Positions 43,101 through 55,870 of a stretch of 64,000 bases of DNA are shown here, one piece after another. Below the pieces are notes generated by a model, which saw only the letters and a list, made by a program, of their open reading frames with translations, searched no databases and was not told the origin of the DNA. Location: positions 2,542,001 to 2,606,000 of the forward strand of contig OZ234494.1 of NCBI GenBank assembly GCA_965153455.1, read 5' to 3'. This DNA comes from Sphagnum compactum (Eukaryota). Numbering within the stretch: position 1 is the stretch's first letter; each line of letters opens with the position of its first letter. The translations under genes and the position numbers were made by a program.

Positions 43101-45719
43101 TAAACACGAAACAAAAAGATGAAATAAGATTGTGTCACCGCCTTTTGGCCCAAGATAAAACTAATCTATTGAATAGTTCTAATTCACTAATGAACTAGCA
43201 TTAGTGCAATGCACTAGCATCTAGGTGATTACCAACACATAATTTTATCCCCCAATGAACTAATGAAAGTAGATAGGTTAGTGAGCAAACAATTAAAAAC
43301 TCAAAGGAGGTCAAAGCTTCACTTATTGTTCTTTTGCTTTTGAAATTTAAAAAACATTTGTAACCCTCCATCTAACGCTCAATTCTGTAAAGGAATGGAA
43401 ACAATATGGGGTTTTTGGTGTAAGGGGTTCAACGTTTGGTGACGGGTGTTGCTCTTTGTTTCTAACATTTCAAAGAACATTTGTAGCCCTCCAATTTGCA
43501 CTTGCTATGATCCAAAAATTACTCAATTTGGTTTAGGAAGGACAAAAAATATTGAAAAATGTTAGTTGCTAGCATTATTTTTTCTCAAGTATGTCCCTCC
43601 CTAATCTCATTCCTACACTAATACCCCACTCCACGAATGTGGTGGGTACCTAAAATTTAAGTATGTTATTAATTTTAGTTGGGTGTAATGTGGATGGAAC
43701 CAAACATAGTCACAAATCAGATTGAGCTCCAAATTTTTTTGGGAGTATCTCCAAAACCAAAGGTTTTAAAAAATCTCAAAAATTATTTTCAAAATCACAT
43801 GAAAGGTTCTATCAATTTTATAGAAGAAACCAGAAGAAAAACCAAAACTGAAATTTCCTTTCAAAATCAAGAACTCAACGACAATGGTTTTCATGCATAG
43901 TTAGGGTCGGTTTTCATGTGAATAGTAGCACTTGCAGAAAGAGGAATAATTGGGAGCCAATATACATTTCTATTCTCACTCCTTGGCTATTGCTAGGGTA
44001 GATGGGCCAGTCATAATAATTTCCCTCTATAAATAATAATAAATTTTTTTTTCTACTAGCAAATTCTTGCCAAATTTGGAACTTCAACCTATACATAGGA
44101 TTTTTTTTTCATGGAAAATGGCCCAAATTAGCCACAATCCAAAGGGAAACAAATTCAAATCACCAGGTTTTACAATAAGTTCCAGTGAGTAGCCAAGAAT
44201 ATACAAGGATCCTGTTTTCTTAAAACTTTCATATCCGGTATGTATGTAGCCAAATTTGGCTAAATTGTCTTCTGGATGATCATCACTTTGGCTAACCATG
44301 GTGGTTACCTCAGTTGCTTTTTCTTTTACTACTTTACCTAAAAACAACCCACAAGTAAGTAACAAAATAAGCCCAAGTTTCCTACATATAAACTATAAAC
44401 CATCTACTTTTGCCAACTATCCTAAATCTTTCTACTTTTCTCTCTGACCTGTATAGCCAAATTTGCAATATTTGGCTAAGTCCTCTTGTGAATGATTGCC
44501 AACCCACCTAGTAACCTACCTCACAAATTTGGCAAAATCAAAACAAAAAAAACACTGGTGGGGTTAGAATATGTTATATACTATACACAATTGTAAGTAG
44601 TTATTAGTATGGCAATATCAATAAAATATATTCTCACTTTTTCAAAGAAGGATATGTATTTCAAGAAAATCCCTTATAGTATTCTCTGTGCCTAGCCATG
44701 AGGCCAACACCCAAATGTCACTTTGTCCCGGGACTTATGCATATCAATTTTTTTGATTTTATTACCTAAAAAAAACTTAGAATCGAAATGTGTGTGTTGT
44801 GTGCTCATACCGTGCACTCAAAGAAAGCAGTGATTTGCTGCAAAGCACAAACAAAAGCACAAAGTGCAGAGTGCAAACATTTGATTGTTCTCCCACTTTT
44901 GCAAACCCTACATGACAACGTAAACCCTAAATGACAAAATCGTTAAACCTAATGCATATCCGGATTGTTAAAATGTGATTGTAGAATAGCCATAAATACA
45001 GAAGGATGATTAAATTTGTTTCATTTCATATCTCACTTATAGCCAAAATTGGGCTAAATCTTCCTATGGATGATTGCCACTTTGGTTGCATCAGAAACTT
45101 TACCGGGGAACAACTAAATTATTATTATTATTATTTTTAAAACACTAGAAGGGAGGTGACTGAAGCAATAGTAATATTGCTGATCATAATAGTGGAGAAA
45201 ATTGTAGCATTTGGATTCCTATTAAAGCATTGTGAACCTAAATGCTCCCAAGTGTTTGTTCCTACAAATTTTTCTCAAGAAGTAGCATGCTATTAATCTA
45301 GGTCTAAAATTACGACCATGGTAGGGAATATTAAATTGGAAATTACTTTGATTTATCCACAACAATATGACTATTGTAAAATGCAACACATAAGTTTTAA
45401 GGAACATATCATGTATATGAATAACATACAATAATATCTCTTTGTGGGACTTGTTGGGGGACCTTACATCCTTATTTAGTTTTTTTCAAAAATGGAACGA
45501 GTTCAAGCAAAACTATCCAAGGTATTGTGAAAAAAGTTGGAAAACCTTGCATATTAGGTTTTTGATAAAGCTTTGATTGTTGTGCTTCTTGCGAGAAGTA
45601 TACATTATCGACGGTGTATAATAAGAGTATCATCCTTTAGAAACATGGGCTCCATATAACTGAACCATACAATATAACCATTTTTCAATATCCATGCAAC
45701 TAGATTGCATTTGTAATTT

Positions 45720-46045
45720 ATTGGCCTTGCCCCGTGGCAAGGATATTGTGTTTAGATTCATTATAGAGTTTAGTAGCTTAAGGGATTTTAATAGGCCCCT
45801 AGATAATAATAATAGGTCTATTTTTATATGAGGATTTTTGAAAGACGATATTTTGGCTTGTGTTGAAACTTGAGATTAGTTATGGAGTTATAGTATCTGT
45901 AGGGATTTTGGTTTCATTTAGAGGATTTTTTTGGAAGATTATATTTTTTTTGCGTGGTCAAATATTTGAGTTTCCATAATTCTTCTTTTGCCTTAAGACA
46001 CTTTTAAATGTGAATGGCAAGGCCATAGTGTGACACACCCCTTGT
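45720..46045 (-). repeat. Inverted copy of the dispersed repeat at 22265-22580
   Basis: ggcaaggatattgtgtttagattc..aaatatttgagtttccataat..aatggcaaggcca..cacaccc is the reverse complement of the 22.3-kb copy. Confidence 0.85.
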
Positions 46046-48210
46046 TCATATGTATGGTAGGAGTGACTTGAGATGAGTCTCCAAAATATTAATATTTTCT
46101 CCATAAATATGTATAGGTAATTAGATATGCTTAGTGCTTAGTAGGTCATGTCATGAGTCTTTGAGCAAAATATAGCTACTTATGGTTATTAAATACAAAT
46201 TTCAATTTAATTCATGTGCTTGTTTTGTATCAAAGAGACATATTAAAGTTGTTGGCAAAAAGAAAGGGGACTTAAAGCCAAGAGTTGTAAATTTTTCATA
46301 AAAGGGGATGAACTCATCAAGGTGAGATTGAAACTTGATACTCAAAGAAGTACATTGGCATTGAATAGGGCTTAAAAGTCTTTTTCTTCTACAAATCATC
46401 AATGTCGATGATAAAACAAGTTTCAACATGAATTTTAAATTTGTTTCATTCTTATTGTTGTCAATGATGTTATAAGTCTTCAGTGCAACATTTGAAACCC
46501 AATTTCAATAATTTGCTCACTTTGCAAATAACCAACATTTAAGGGTTCACATTTAAAAAATGTAAATAGAAACCCCAAAGCAAGGTTACTTTTATTTTGT
46601 TCAGCAAAAAAGACGAGGTAACTGGACCATGGGCATCCCATCTAATTGTGATGATTATGTTATTATATTAAAATTTTAACCTATTTATTTATTTATTGCA
46701 TATTGTGATTGCAAAGCCTTCATTCATAACTAATTATTTTCTACAAATTGCAATTACATAAATTCTTAAGATGGATCCAACTGTAACACCATGGGCATCC
46801 AAACTAGTCCAAAGGAGAAGAACATCAATGTGAGGTCTTCAATTCAATTCAGGAATCTGAATTTCATTCAATGTATTTGAATTCACATTCAATTGAGTTG
46901 CATCCAATTCAAGTTGCATTATGCAAATTCTTTCATTATTTTCATCCAAATGAAATTTAATTTTCACAAAATCAATTCATTTTTTTATCACTTCATTGTC
47001 AGTAGGTGTGGAGCAACATGTAGCCCAATTTGAGATAAACATTTTTTCCTTGGGGAACTTCGATATTAATTTAATAATTATATTTTCATCAATAATTGAT
47101 AATTTATGTGGAATGTTTTAAAACTTTTGTAAACTTGCACAAATAATGAAAAGTTAAGGAAAAGAGTTGAATAACGGATGAAAAGTTAGAAAAAGTTGTA
47201 TTTAATGGATGGAAAACATGAATAAAAGGATGAATTGGTTTAATGTTCTTATATCATTCAAGCATCCATGGGACCAAAATAATGTTGGAAATATATTTGA
47301 ATCCAATATCTTGCGTTCTTAGAAATGATCTTTAACCACTACAACTTCTAATCTAAATTTGAAAATAAGGGATGCTTGGCTCCACACTCCTACACATTTA
47401 CCAATGTCAATCACCTGACAAAAAAACAAACTAATTTTGTGAAAATTAATTTTTATTCAAATGAATTTGATTCAAATACATGGAATTGAATTCAAATTCA
47501 ATTAAAGAAAACGAGACACAAATTGGTACATAAAGTTTAAAGATATGCTTGCGAGTATGGTGTTGGGGAAATGTTTTTTTGGAAATAATGGAAATTTTTT
47601 AAAAAACACCTTTCAATCCCTCTTGACTTGGAAATTGACTTTAAAAATGTCCAGTTTAAAATGACTTTTAAAATTGTCCAAATTAAAGGATGACTTACTA
47701 AACCTAAAGTTGTTTTACCTAAACCAATTTTGTCAAATAATCTTCACTGGAATTAGGCATACTTAAAACATTTATCATGACTTTATTTATAGTCAAAACA
47801 ATTGGGATTCTCTTTTGTAAATGCTTTTGCAAAAATATTAAAACAATAAAACAAAGAAATTGGTCACATATTTCTTCTCCTTTTGGGGAAAAAATTGCCA
47901 TATTTTGAACAATGTCATTTTTTAAAAAATCACCAAAATTCTCAATTTGGATTTTATTTTGAGGACTATTTTAAATAATTTTCCATTTTTTGGATAGGTT
48001 GTAGGAACCAGTTGCCAGTTAATGCTAAATTCCTTTTTTTTTGCGGTGCTCACATTTGATGCAACAACAGAAACTTGAAAAAAAAGAACACTGATTTTCA
48101 CACTTGAAATCCCATTCGGGTGGTCACGAACTCACCAATGAAATTGTGAGGTTGGTACCTATTGCCTTAGGTCATACCCCAATTGGTATGTTCATCAATG
48201 GCAATCCTTA

Positions 48211-48924
48211 GAGCATCTCCACCAATGCACTCTACAACAGATTTTGGATGAGGAAAAACATTTAGTATGTCGATTTGTAGGAAGAAAATGATTTTGAATC
48301 AAAACATTTTCACTCATTTTCAACTCTTGTTATTTATTATTGGTCAAATTGATTGGTTGATTAGCTGAATTGATTTGATTGGTCTAAGTGGTTTGTTATT
48401 TAATTCATGCTTATGGGTGAGGCAATTTCATGTTTATGGGTGGGTGCATGAGAAAGAGTAATCCAAGTGAGGTTTACTTTGGAGGGCCACATGCCAACTA
48501 TGGGTGGAAATGCCCTTATATCAATGTTATATACCCAGATTCTAACCTAAATATCAGTCCAACACTGGTGTGGCAACACATAGCATTCTTTTACAGCATT
48601 TCCAACCATGCAAAAAAAAATTCTCACATCCAAGTTTAGTTATTTACTTTTTCTCAACCCGACCCATAAAACTAAAACTGGGATTGCAAACAGGTGGAAG
48701 ACTAGTAACAGCAACCCGGTTGGACCAATGAAACTATCTAGTCAATCAACAGCAGGTAGGTGTTAGGCCAAAGCCTAGTGCCTTTCACCAGCCTCAGCAA
48801 ACTGTGCAAAAATGCTTGGCCAAAACCATTTCACCAAGCCAAACCAGCATATATGTTTTGACTTTCCTTCATCCAATTTTAATTTGCATTGTCACATACT
48901 GAGTGAGCACTGGTGGAGTTGCTC
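48211..48924 (+). mobile_element. Complete PIF/Harbinger (Tourist-like) MITE, 714 bp
   Basis: TIRs GAGCATCTCCACCAATGC and GCACTGGTGGAGTTGCTC (16/18 match), with perfect TTA duplication at 48208-48210 and 48925-48927. Confidence 0.88.
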
Positions 48925-49299
48925 TTATTAGTTACACTACTGCACACTATAGTTCAGCATTAATTAGTTCAAAAAAGGGGGATTTTGAAAAATTAAATCA
49001 ATTAGAAGTATTGTTGGAAAGTTTGAAGAATTGAAGGTACTTTTATAGTAATATCAGCCATTTGTTGATCTATTCAAAATCCCAAGCCTCCACCAGTGAC
49101 ATTTTTTTGTGGCGAAAATTCGCCATTATGTGAAGAAAAGAAAAAAAGTGTCCAACAACATGCTGGTCGAGGAAACGTGTGGAAAATTTTCCAATAAAAT
49201 AATCACCACATTTTGAAGAAAAAATGAATGAGTTCACCAACGGTTTTTGCAAATTTTTAGCTTTCTTTTTCTTCTTCTTTCTCTTCATGTGCAAGTTGC

Positions 49300-50460
49300 T
49301 AGCCATCCATCACCATTGTCATCCTTTTCTTCGACTTCTTCCTTATATAACTCCAACAGAAGCAACATTAATGTGGGTCATCCATGGCCATTGCCATCTT
49401 CTCCTTCATCTTCTTGTTGTTTTTCTAGCTAAGAGCCATCACCATCTTCTTTTTTGTCTTCTCGTTGTTTTTCTAGCTAAGGGCCATTGTCATTTTCTTT
49501 TTCATCTTCTTCCTTAGAACTCCAACAATAGCAACAACGTGGGTTGTCTATTGACATCTTCTTATTCATTTTCTTGTTGTTTCTCAAGCTAAAGAACTCC
49601 TAATAGTAGCAATAATAAGGGTTGCAAGGGTTAAGCCCTAGGGAGGTCTTCATGTTTCGATATCACCATCATTTTTTTCATCAGAGTAACTTGAACTTAG
49701 ATCCTCAAGTCACTTTTTCTTTTTGTGTTTCCTCATTTTTTGAATCTCAAAACATTGTGTGTGTGAAACCAAAAATCAAAAAAGTTTACTTGAAACAAAA
49801 AGCTTTGTGACATTTGTGTATGGGAAACCAAAAACAAATTACCAAAAATTAGAAAAAATTTGTGACCTTTGAAACCAAATACTAAAAACATTTTGACCTT
49901 TGAAATTAAAAACCAAAAAAACTTACCCAAAACTAGAAAGCTTTGTGACCTTTGTGTGTGTGAAATTAAAAACCAAAATAACTTTTTGACCTTGAAAACT
50001 TGAAACTAAAAAAACTTACCATAAAACAAAAAAAAATTGTGACCTTTGAAACACTCGAAACCTGAAATTAGAAAGTTTTGTGACCTTTGAAACTTACCAA
50101 AAACTAAAAACCAAGGGTTGTTAAAAGCTTTGAAGCTTACCTAAAACCAAAACCCAGGGCATGTTGGAAGCTTTGAAACTTTCCCAAAACCAAAAAATAG
50201 GGGATGACTAGGGGATGTGTGAAAGCTTTCTTGCAACCAAAAACTAATGGATGACCATGGTCATTTGTGTAGGTTGAAACTAGGGGTGCACCTTCCTTAA
50301 AACAAACATGGAACTAGGGAAACCCAAAAACCAAGGTTGTTTGTATGAAATCGGAGTTGTTTAAAGCTTTCAAACTTACCCAAAACCAAAAACTAGGCTC
50401 GTTTATGTGTGAACCTTTTGAACTAGAGACCTAAGGAGGTTATGTGTCTGTGAACCTTTG
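49300..50460. repeat. Two adjacent degenerate repeat arrays, probably transposon subterminal sequence
   Basis: ccatcttct..tcttcttgttgtttttctagctaag units at ~49300-49600. gctttgtgacctttgaaac / cttacccaaaaccaaaaac units at ~49780-50460. Confidence 0.6.
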
Positions 50461-53400
50461 TGGTCCAAAACCAAAATGTGTGTTATCATAACACCATGCT
50501 GTTTATACGTTTTGTTATAAAAGTAATCGTCTTCTTGTCCTTTTGTCTAAGGTTGCCACAACACCATGCAAACATGCAAAAGAACTTTGTGAAGTCAGCC
50601 CAAGTTTCCTCATGGGTGAAGAAAAGGAAGTTGCCCCGATAAAATCAGATGTCCCAAGTGGGTTAGTAACATCATGTCCAGAAATGATGTGACAACAATT
50701 CACGAGCACATAGTTCTAGGGAAAGGGTGGCCCATGAAATGTTTAGCAAAGACATAGAGCTTTAGGAAACATTTTGCAGATTCTTGTAGTTGTAGAAAGT
50801 CATGAAGCTTCCAATTTTGCTTCATGTGAAAATTAGAACATGCAAATAAGAATTGATATTCATTTTTAGTTACAATTTGTCTGTACATTAAATTCATAGC
50901 CCAACTTGGGTTTGAACCCATGTATGGAATACAAAGTACTCTTTGCTAGATTTTATTTGTTATGATTAAATGTCATCTCAACCCCACCCTTTTTATGTCA
51001 CATATGTGGGAAAAGGAGGGTATATGAGATAGAAGGAAGGTGGGGTTTTTCAGTCTTTTGTTTCTTTGTAATACTCGGGAATGGGTAAAACTTGTGAATG
51101 CAATACTTGCATAATTTAGAAATTGATGACTTTAAAATCTTTTTTTTTGCATTTAGAGTTTTTTGAAATTTGGAATCCACTAAAGGGGAAATAGGGCCTT
51201 AAAGTTTCAAATGAGCCCATGATGAAAAAATCCCTCCAATAATCCCTAATGTATTATTTTAGAAGGCCCCTCCCCTTCCTCAAATTGTGAAAAGGGCATT
51301 GATGGGTCAATTAAACCTCCAAATGGTCCTACAAAGTTGATAAATACAGGGAGACATATGTTGCAAAATGGGTATTAATTGACCACCTAAAGAAGGTGCA
51401 TCAATTCATCATTGAGAAGGGTAATTTCGAGCACCCTTCGAATTGTGAAGGCGCCAATTTCAAAATTGCACAACAATGAATGTTCACATCCTATGTGATT
51501 CCCAATATTCTACAACAAAATGAATAGAAGGCAATGCAACTATTAGTGTGTGAACAAAGGCCACAATGGAGTGGGATTGCTTCAAAAAGGTTGCAAATTA
51601 AGGCACCAAGCTAATAAAAACTCACCTTTGGTTAAACTTGTCTATAAACAATTGTTGTAGACTATAAGCAAAAGTGGGGAATGGGATGCATCTGTCGAGA
51701 TGCCTTCTCATGGATTGAAAAGGATGAAGTTTTTGCTAACACCATCTTTTAATGCAAATTATCTTATGTTAAGAGGACAAAAATTCCATGGAATGCTACT
51801 TTGTGAAAATGGTAGTCCAACAAGTCCATTCAAATTGAAGAAATGTAGGCAATCCTCAATTTTAACACATCAAAGATGAATGATGGAATGGTATGTGTTT
51901 TCAAATCCTTTCATTAGTTAAAGTTCAATTGAAAATTCAAAAATTAAAATTAATTCTTACTATTTCTATAATTGTGATTTAGGTTAAGTGGAACCAGAAA
52001 AAATCAATTTGTGGTGGATCCAATCTGTCTCAATATAAAACACTATTAGATGTACACACACCATTGTGCAACAAGGGAGGTGGAGGCAGTAGAGGCTTAC
52101 CACCAAGCTTGTGGTTTTAGTGAAAATGGTTTTTGAGTTAGATGAATTTTAATGTTTTTGCATTTTCATAGCTTTTAAAACATTTTTGGACACATTGATG
52201 TTTATTATTATACTCTCCATTTTGGCATCCTCCATGAAACTTTTGGCATTTATCAATATAACGTTTCACATGTTATATGCAAAATCATTTTTTGTGACCA
52301 CGTTTTGTGATGCAATACCTTAATGTACTAATTTCCACTATACATATGCAAAAGAATGACTCCACAATATTTCAATAAACACAAAACACCACCAATATAA
52401 AAGATGCAATACTTGCATTCTTAGTGTTTATTTTCCGTTGGAATAAACATAACATTTGTAACACTTGCATTTGAATCACAAAAATTATTCAAATCACAAT
52501 ATCTATATAACATTCACAAAACACACATGGGATTTTTCCTCCTCAAATGCAATACTCACATAGGGGTCACAAAAGCCTTCTATACTACCCACATTCAATT
52601 GAACAAATATGATTGATGCAAATATTGCATTTTTGGAACAGCAATTCACATAATGGGAGCTTCGACTAGTAGAGGCCCATGTGTGAATATGTCATATTGG
52701 TTTTAGATATTTCAACACATGCATGTAATCGTTCTTTTGTGGGTATTCCAATTATTATCAAAATGTTTTAAACCTAATGAATTTAATAAGATTTTAAAAT
52801 AGTGAGACAATAATAATCATATTATTAAATTACTTAATCTATGCTCATTAGTAACTAGTTACAAAAAATAATAATAATCATAATAATCATAATCATTTCT
52901 TTATGATTATTACTCTTATATTATTACTATTACAATAACCCCCCTTTTATGATCATGCCCATTTTAGTCACATTCTTGTTTGTGTCACACATTTTTTGGT
53001 AACCATCTGTTTTTGTAAAAAACACCATTCTTTAGAATCACTATCACACTCGTTAATAACCCAAAACATTTGCATAGCTTTCTTTCTAAATGTGATTATA
53101 ATGGGGAAATTTAAGGGGAAATATTAAGGTTTTGTAAATAGTAGCTCCTTTTGGCAATGTTGGTGTTACTAATTTGTGTTCAAGTTGTGCAAACTAATAA
53201 CAATGAATCCAATTGAAGGGAAAAGAAAAACACAATTATTTTATATTGTAAACAAGAAAAAGATATGTGAACTTGTCAAGAAAATAATCTGGTTGACAAG
53301 ATACATAAGGAGTTCAAATTAATGTAGATTGTCACATTAAAACAAGTAGAAATCACAACATTTTTCAAGTCTAATAATGCACAATAGAGTTGAAATTAAC

Positions 53401-54349
53401 CCATGTAGGAAATTCAAACAATTAGCACCTACATTTTAGCACAAAAGGGTTATTTTGCAAGATTTTTTGCCTATAGTCACAATCTTGTAAAGGTTTGTAT
53501 GTACAATGTGACTATACATGTTTGAATCATAATTCATTAATGTCACAAAAAAAGGTGGTCACCAAGGGCATGATTATAAAAGGGTTTATTGTATATTTTT
53601 TCAATGATATATTTATACTAATTATTAGAGTAATTATAATAACACCAAAATAGCTAATGTAGGTTATGTATTCATTAAATTATTATTTACCCTAATAAAT
53701 ATATTTTCGTAACTATTTTAACAATGAATATAAAAATTTAACTAGTTGATCTAAAATACTACTAGAATTATTTTTAGAAGACTATTATACATACGTACTA
53801 AAATTATTATTTTTCTTAATAATAATAATAATATGGCTAGCCTAACCTAGCTAGTAGCTATAGTGTTATAATTATGGTGTTAATTTTTAAAAATAAAGTC
53901 ATTTATATAATATATTAAATTATTACATTAGTTACCATCAAATGATTATTTTTTCTATTATTATTATTATTACCTATTAAATATATTACTTATAATAGTT
54001 AGTATAATTAATAGGTAAACTAAAACTAGTATAACATATGTATTAGGAAGTAATTGCATTAATTTGTGACTAGTTTGTTCATACTTAAACTAGTATATCA
54101 TTTGTTGACTACAAAGAAAGATACTACAAGATTAATTTAGTGAAAATAATTCTTTTAAAAAGATGTGTGAGTTGTTGGTAGGATTTAATCCCATAAGCAT
54201 GGGTGACAACTCAACCAATACAAAAATGGACAAGATTGAAAACTTATGTGTGTGATAATTATTATTTTGGATGAAAAACAATGTTATAAATTGTAGTACG
54301 TGCATATGGGGCCATGGTAAAAAAATACAACAATCACATAAGTTCTTAC

Positions 54350-55600
54350 TTAAATTATAGGATCCCTTTGAAATGTAATACTTGCATGCAAGGCCACACG
54401 AAGCATATTTAAAGCATCATTGCAATACCTACATAGAAGTCTCCCTAACCCACACCAAACATTGGGTCCAATAGCATTATCTGCATATAGCCCTTCTAAT
54501 ACACATTTAAATAATAGTCTTCTCCAACCACAATACCTATGTAACAAAACCTAATCCACATTGAAATTTTGCTCCAACTGCATACTTGCATCATAGACCT
54601 AAACCACCTTGTGTTGACTACAACACTTCTATCACAAGTCCTAACCCACCTTATGCTAATTGCAATACCTACATATAATGTTCCTAACACACACTTGGAA
54701 AATTGTTCTAATTATAATACTCACATTACTTCTTCTTGATTTAGACAAAATAACCATAATACTTCCATAATCCCTTCAATTTTGCACTACATAAATGTAA
54801 TACCTATAGTCAAACTTCCCAAATTCATTTGTCAATAAGCAAGTGCTAAAGCCACTTTGGTGTGGGCACCAAAACCAATCAAGGTGAACAAATGATATTC
54901 CACATCATTTGTGCCAAATGTGGCATCCATGGAAATTACTCCATTATGGCCATATGCAAACATGGATTGACATTGTATTGGTGTTTGGATGGCTAGGGTG
55001 AATGGCATTTGAATCCCATCAATTTTGCCAACTTCTTGAAGATAAAATATGTGCTCCACATGATGTAAAGCCCAAGACCAAGCTAAAATGGCAGGGTTTT
55101 TGTGCAACCACCACTTATGTCTTTTATGATACTAATCCAAATATGTGATGTTTTGTTGTTGAATAAAGTCATCCCTCAATATGGCTTTTTTGGGATTCAT
55201 ACATTCCCACTAAATTGATGTGTTTGTCATAAATTTGTTTGGTGGTGTGCCTCAAATTCAATTGAATCCAAATGTGATCTTTCAAAGATTGCAAAATTTG
55301 GGGAGCATATTGTGACATGTGAATTGATGAGTAGGGATTTCATTGGCCATGTGCTAATTCACTATTCGCTTGGATGCATCTTCAATGGTAAAGAACATAG
55401 CCCCATCACATTGGGCCATGTGTACAACTGTTTGATTGAAAAGGCAACCAAACATCCTTGTTTGATTAATCTTGCATGGTTTGAATCATTGCAATGATCA
55501 TTGCGACTATAAGCACATTCATATTTATAAAACATATTTATGATAAGGATCATATGTGTTTGTGAAGGACATTTGAAAAGCAAAAGCATGGAACATTAAT
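54350..55600 (-). mobile_element. Degenerate Mutator-like (MULE) transposase remnant
   Basis: PFTLAIQTPIQCQSMFAYGHNGVISMDATFGTNDVEYHLFTLIGF (ORF 54832-55107) contains the D-A-T-F-G-T-N first catalytic motif of MULE transposases. The upstream fragment LIKQGCLVAFSIKQLY resembles the WRKY/FAR1-like DNA-binding region. Frames are broken. Confidence 0.75.
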
Positions 55601-55624
55601 CCATGATTACTAATAGAAGACACT

Positions 55625-55870
55625 AGTCAATACCTACATGCCAAGTTAAAATGCACATAGGATTTAGGACCCAACCTTGCAAGTTGCGATACCTACATGC
55701 AAAATAAAAATTCACATAAGACCGAAGACCCAACCTTGCAATATCTGCATGTCAAATTAAAATGCACACTAGACCTAGGACCCAACCTTGCAATACTCAC
55801 ATGAACCTATAAAACCAACACTACCCCTTAATGGCTGATCATGCAATATCCACATGCCTAATTAAAACTT
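55625..55870. repeat. Diverged tandem repeat of ~50-60 bp upstream of the MULE remnant
   Basis: atacctacatg..aaaatgcacat..gacccaaccttgc repeated 3-4 times. Confidence 0.75.
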
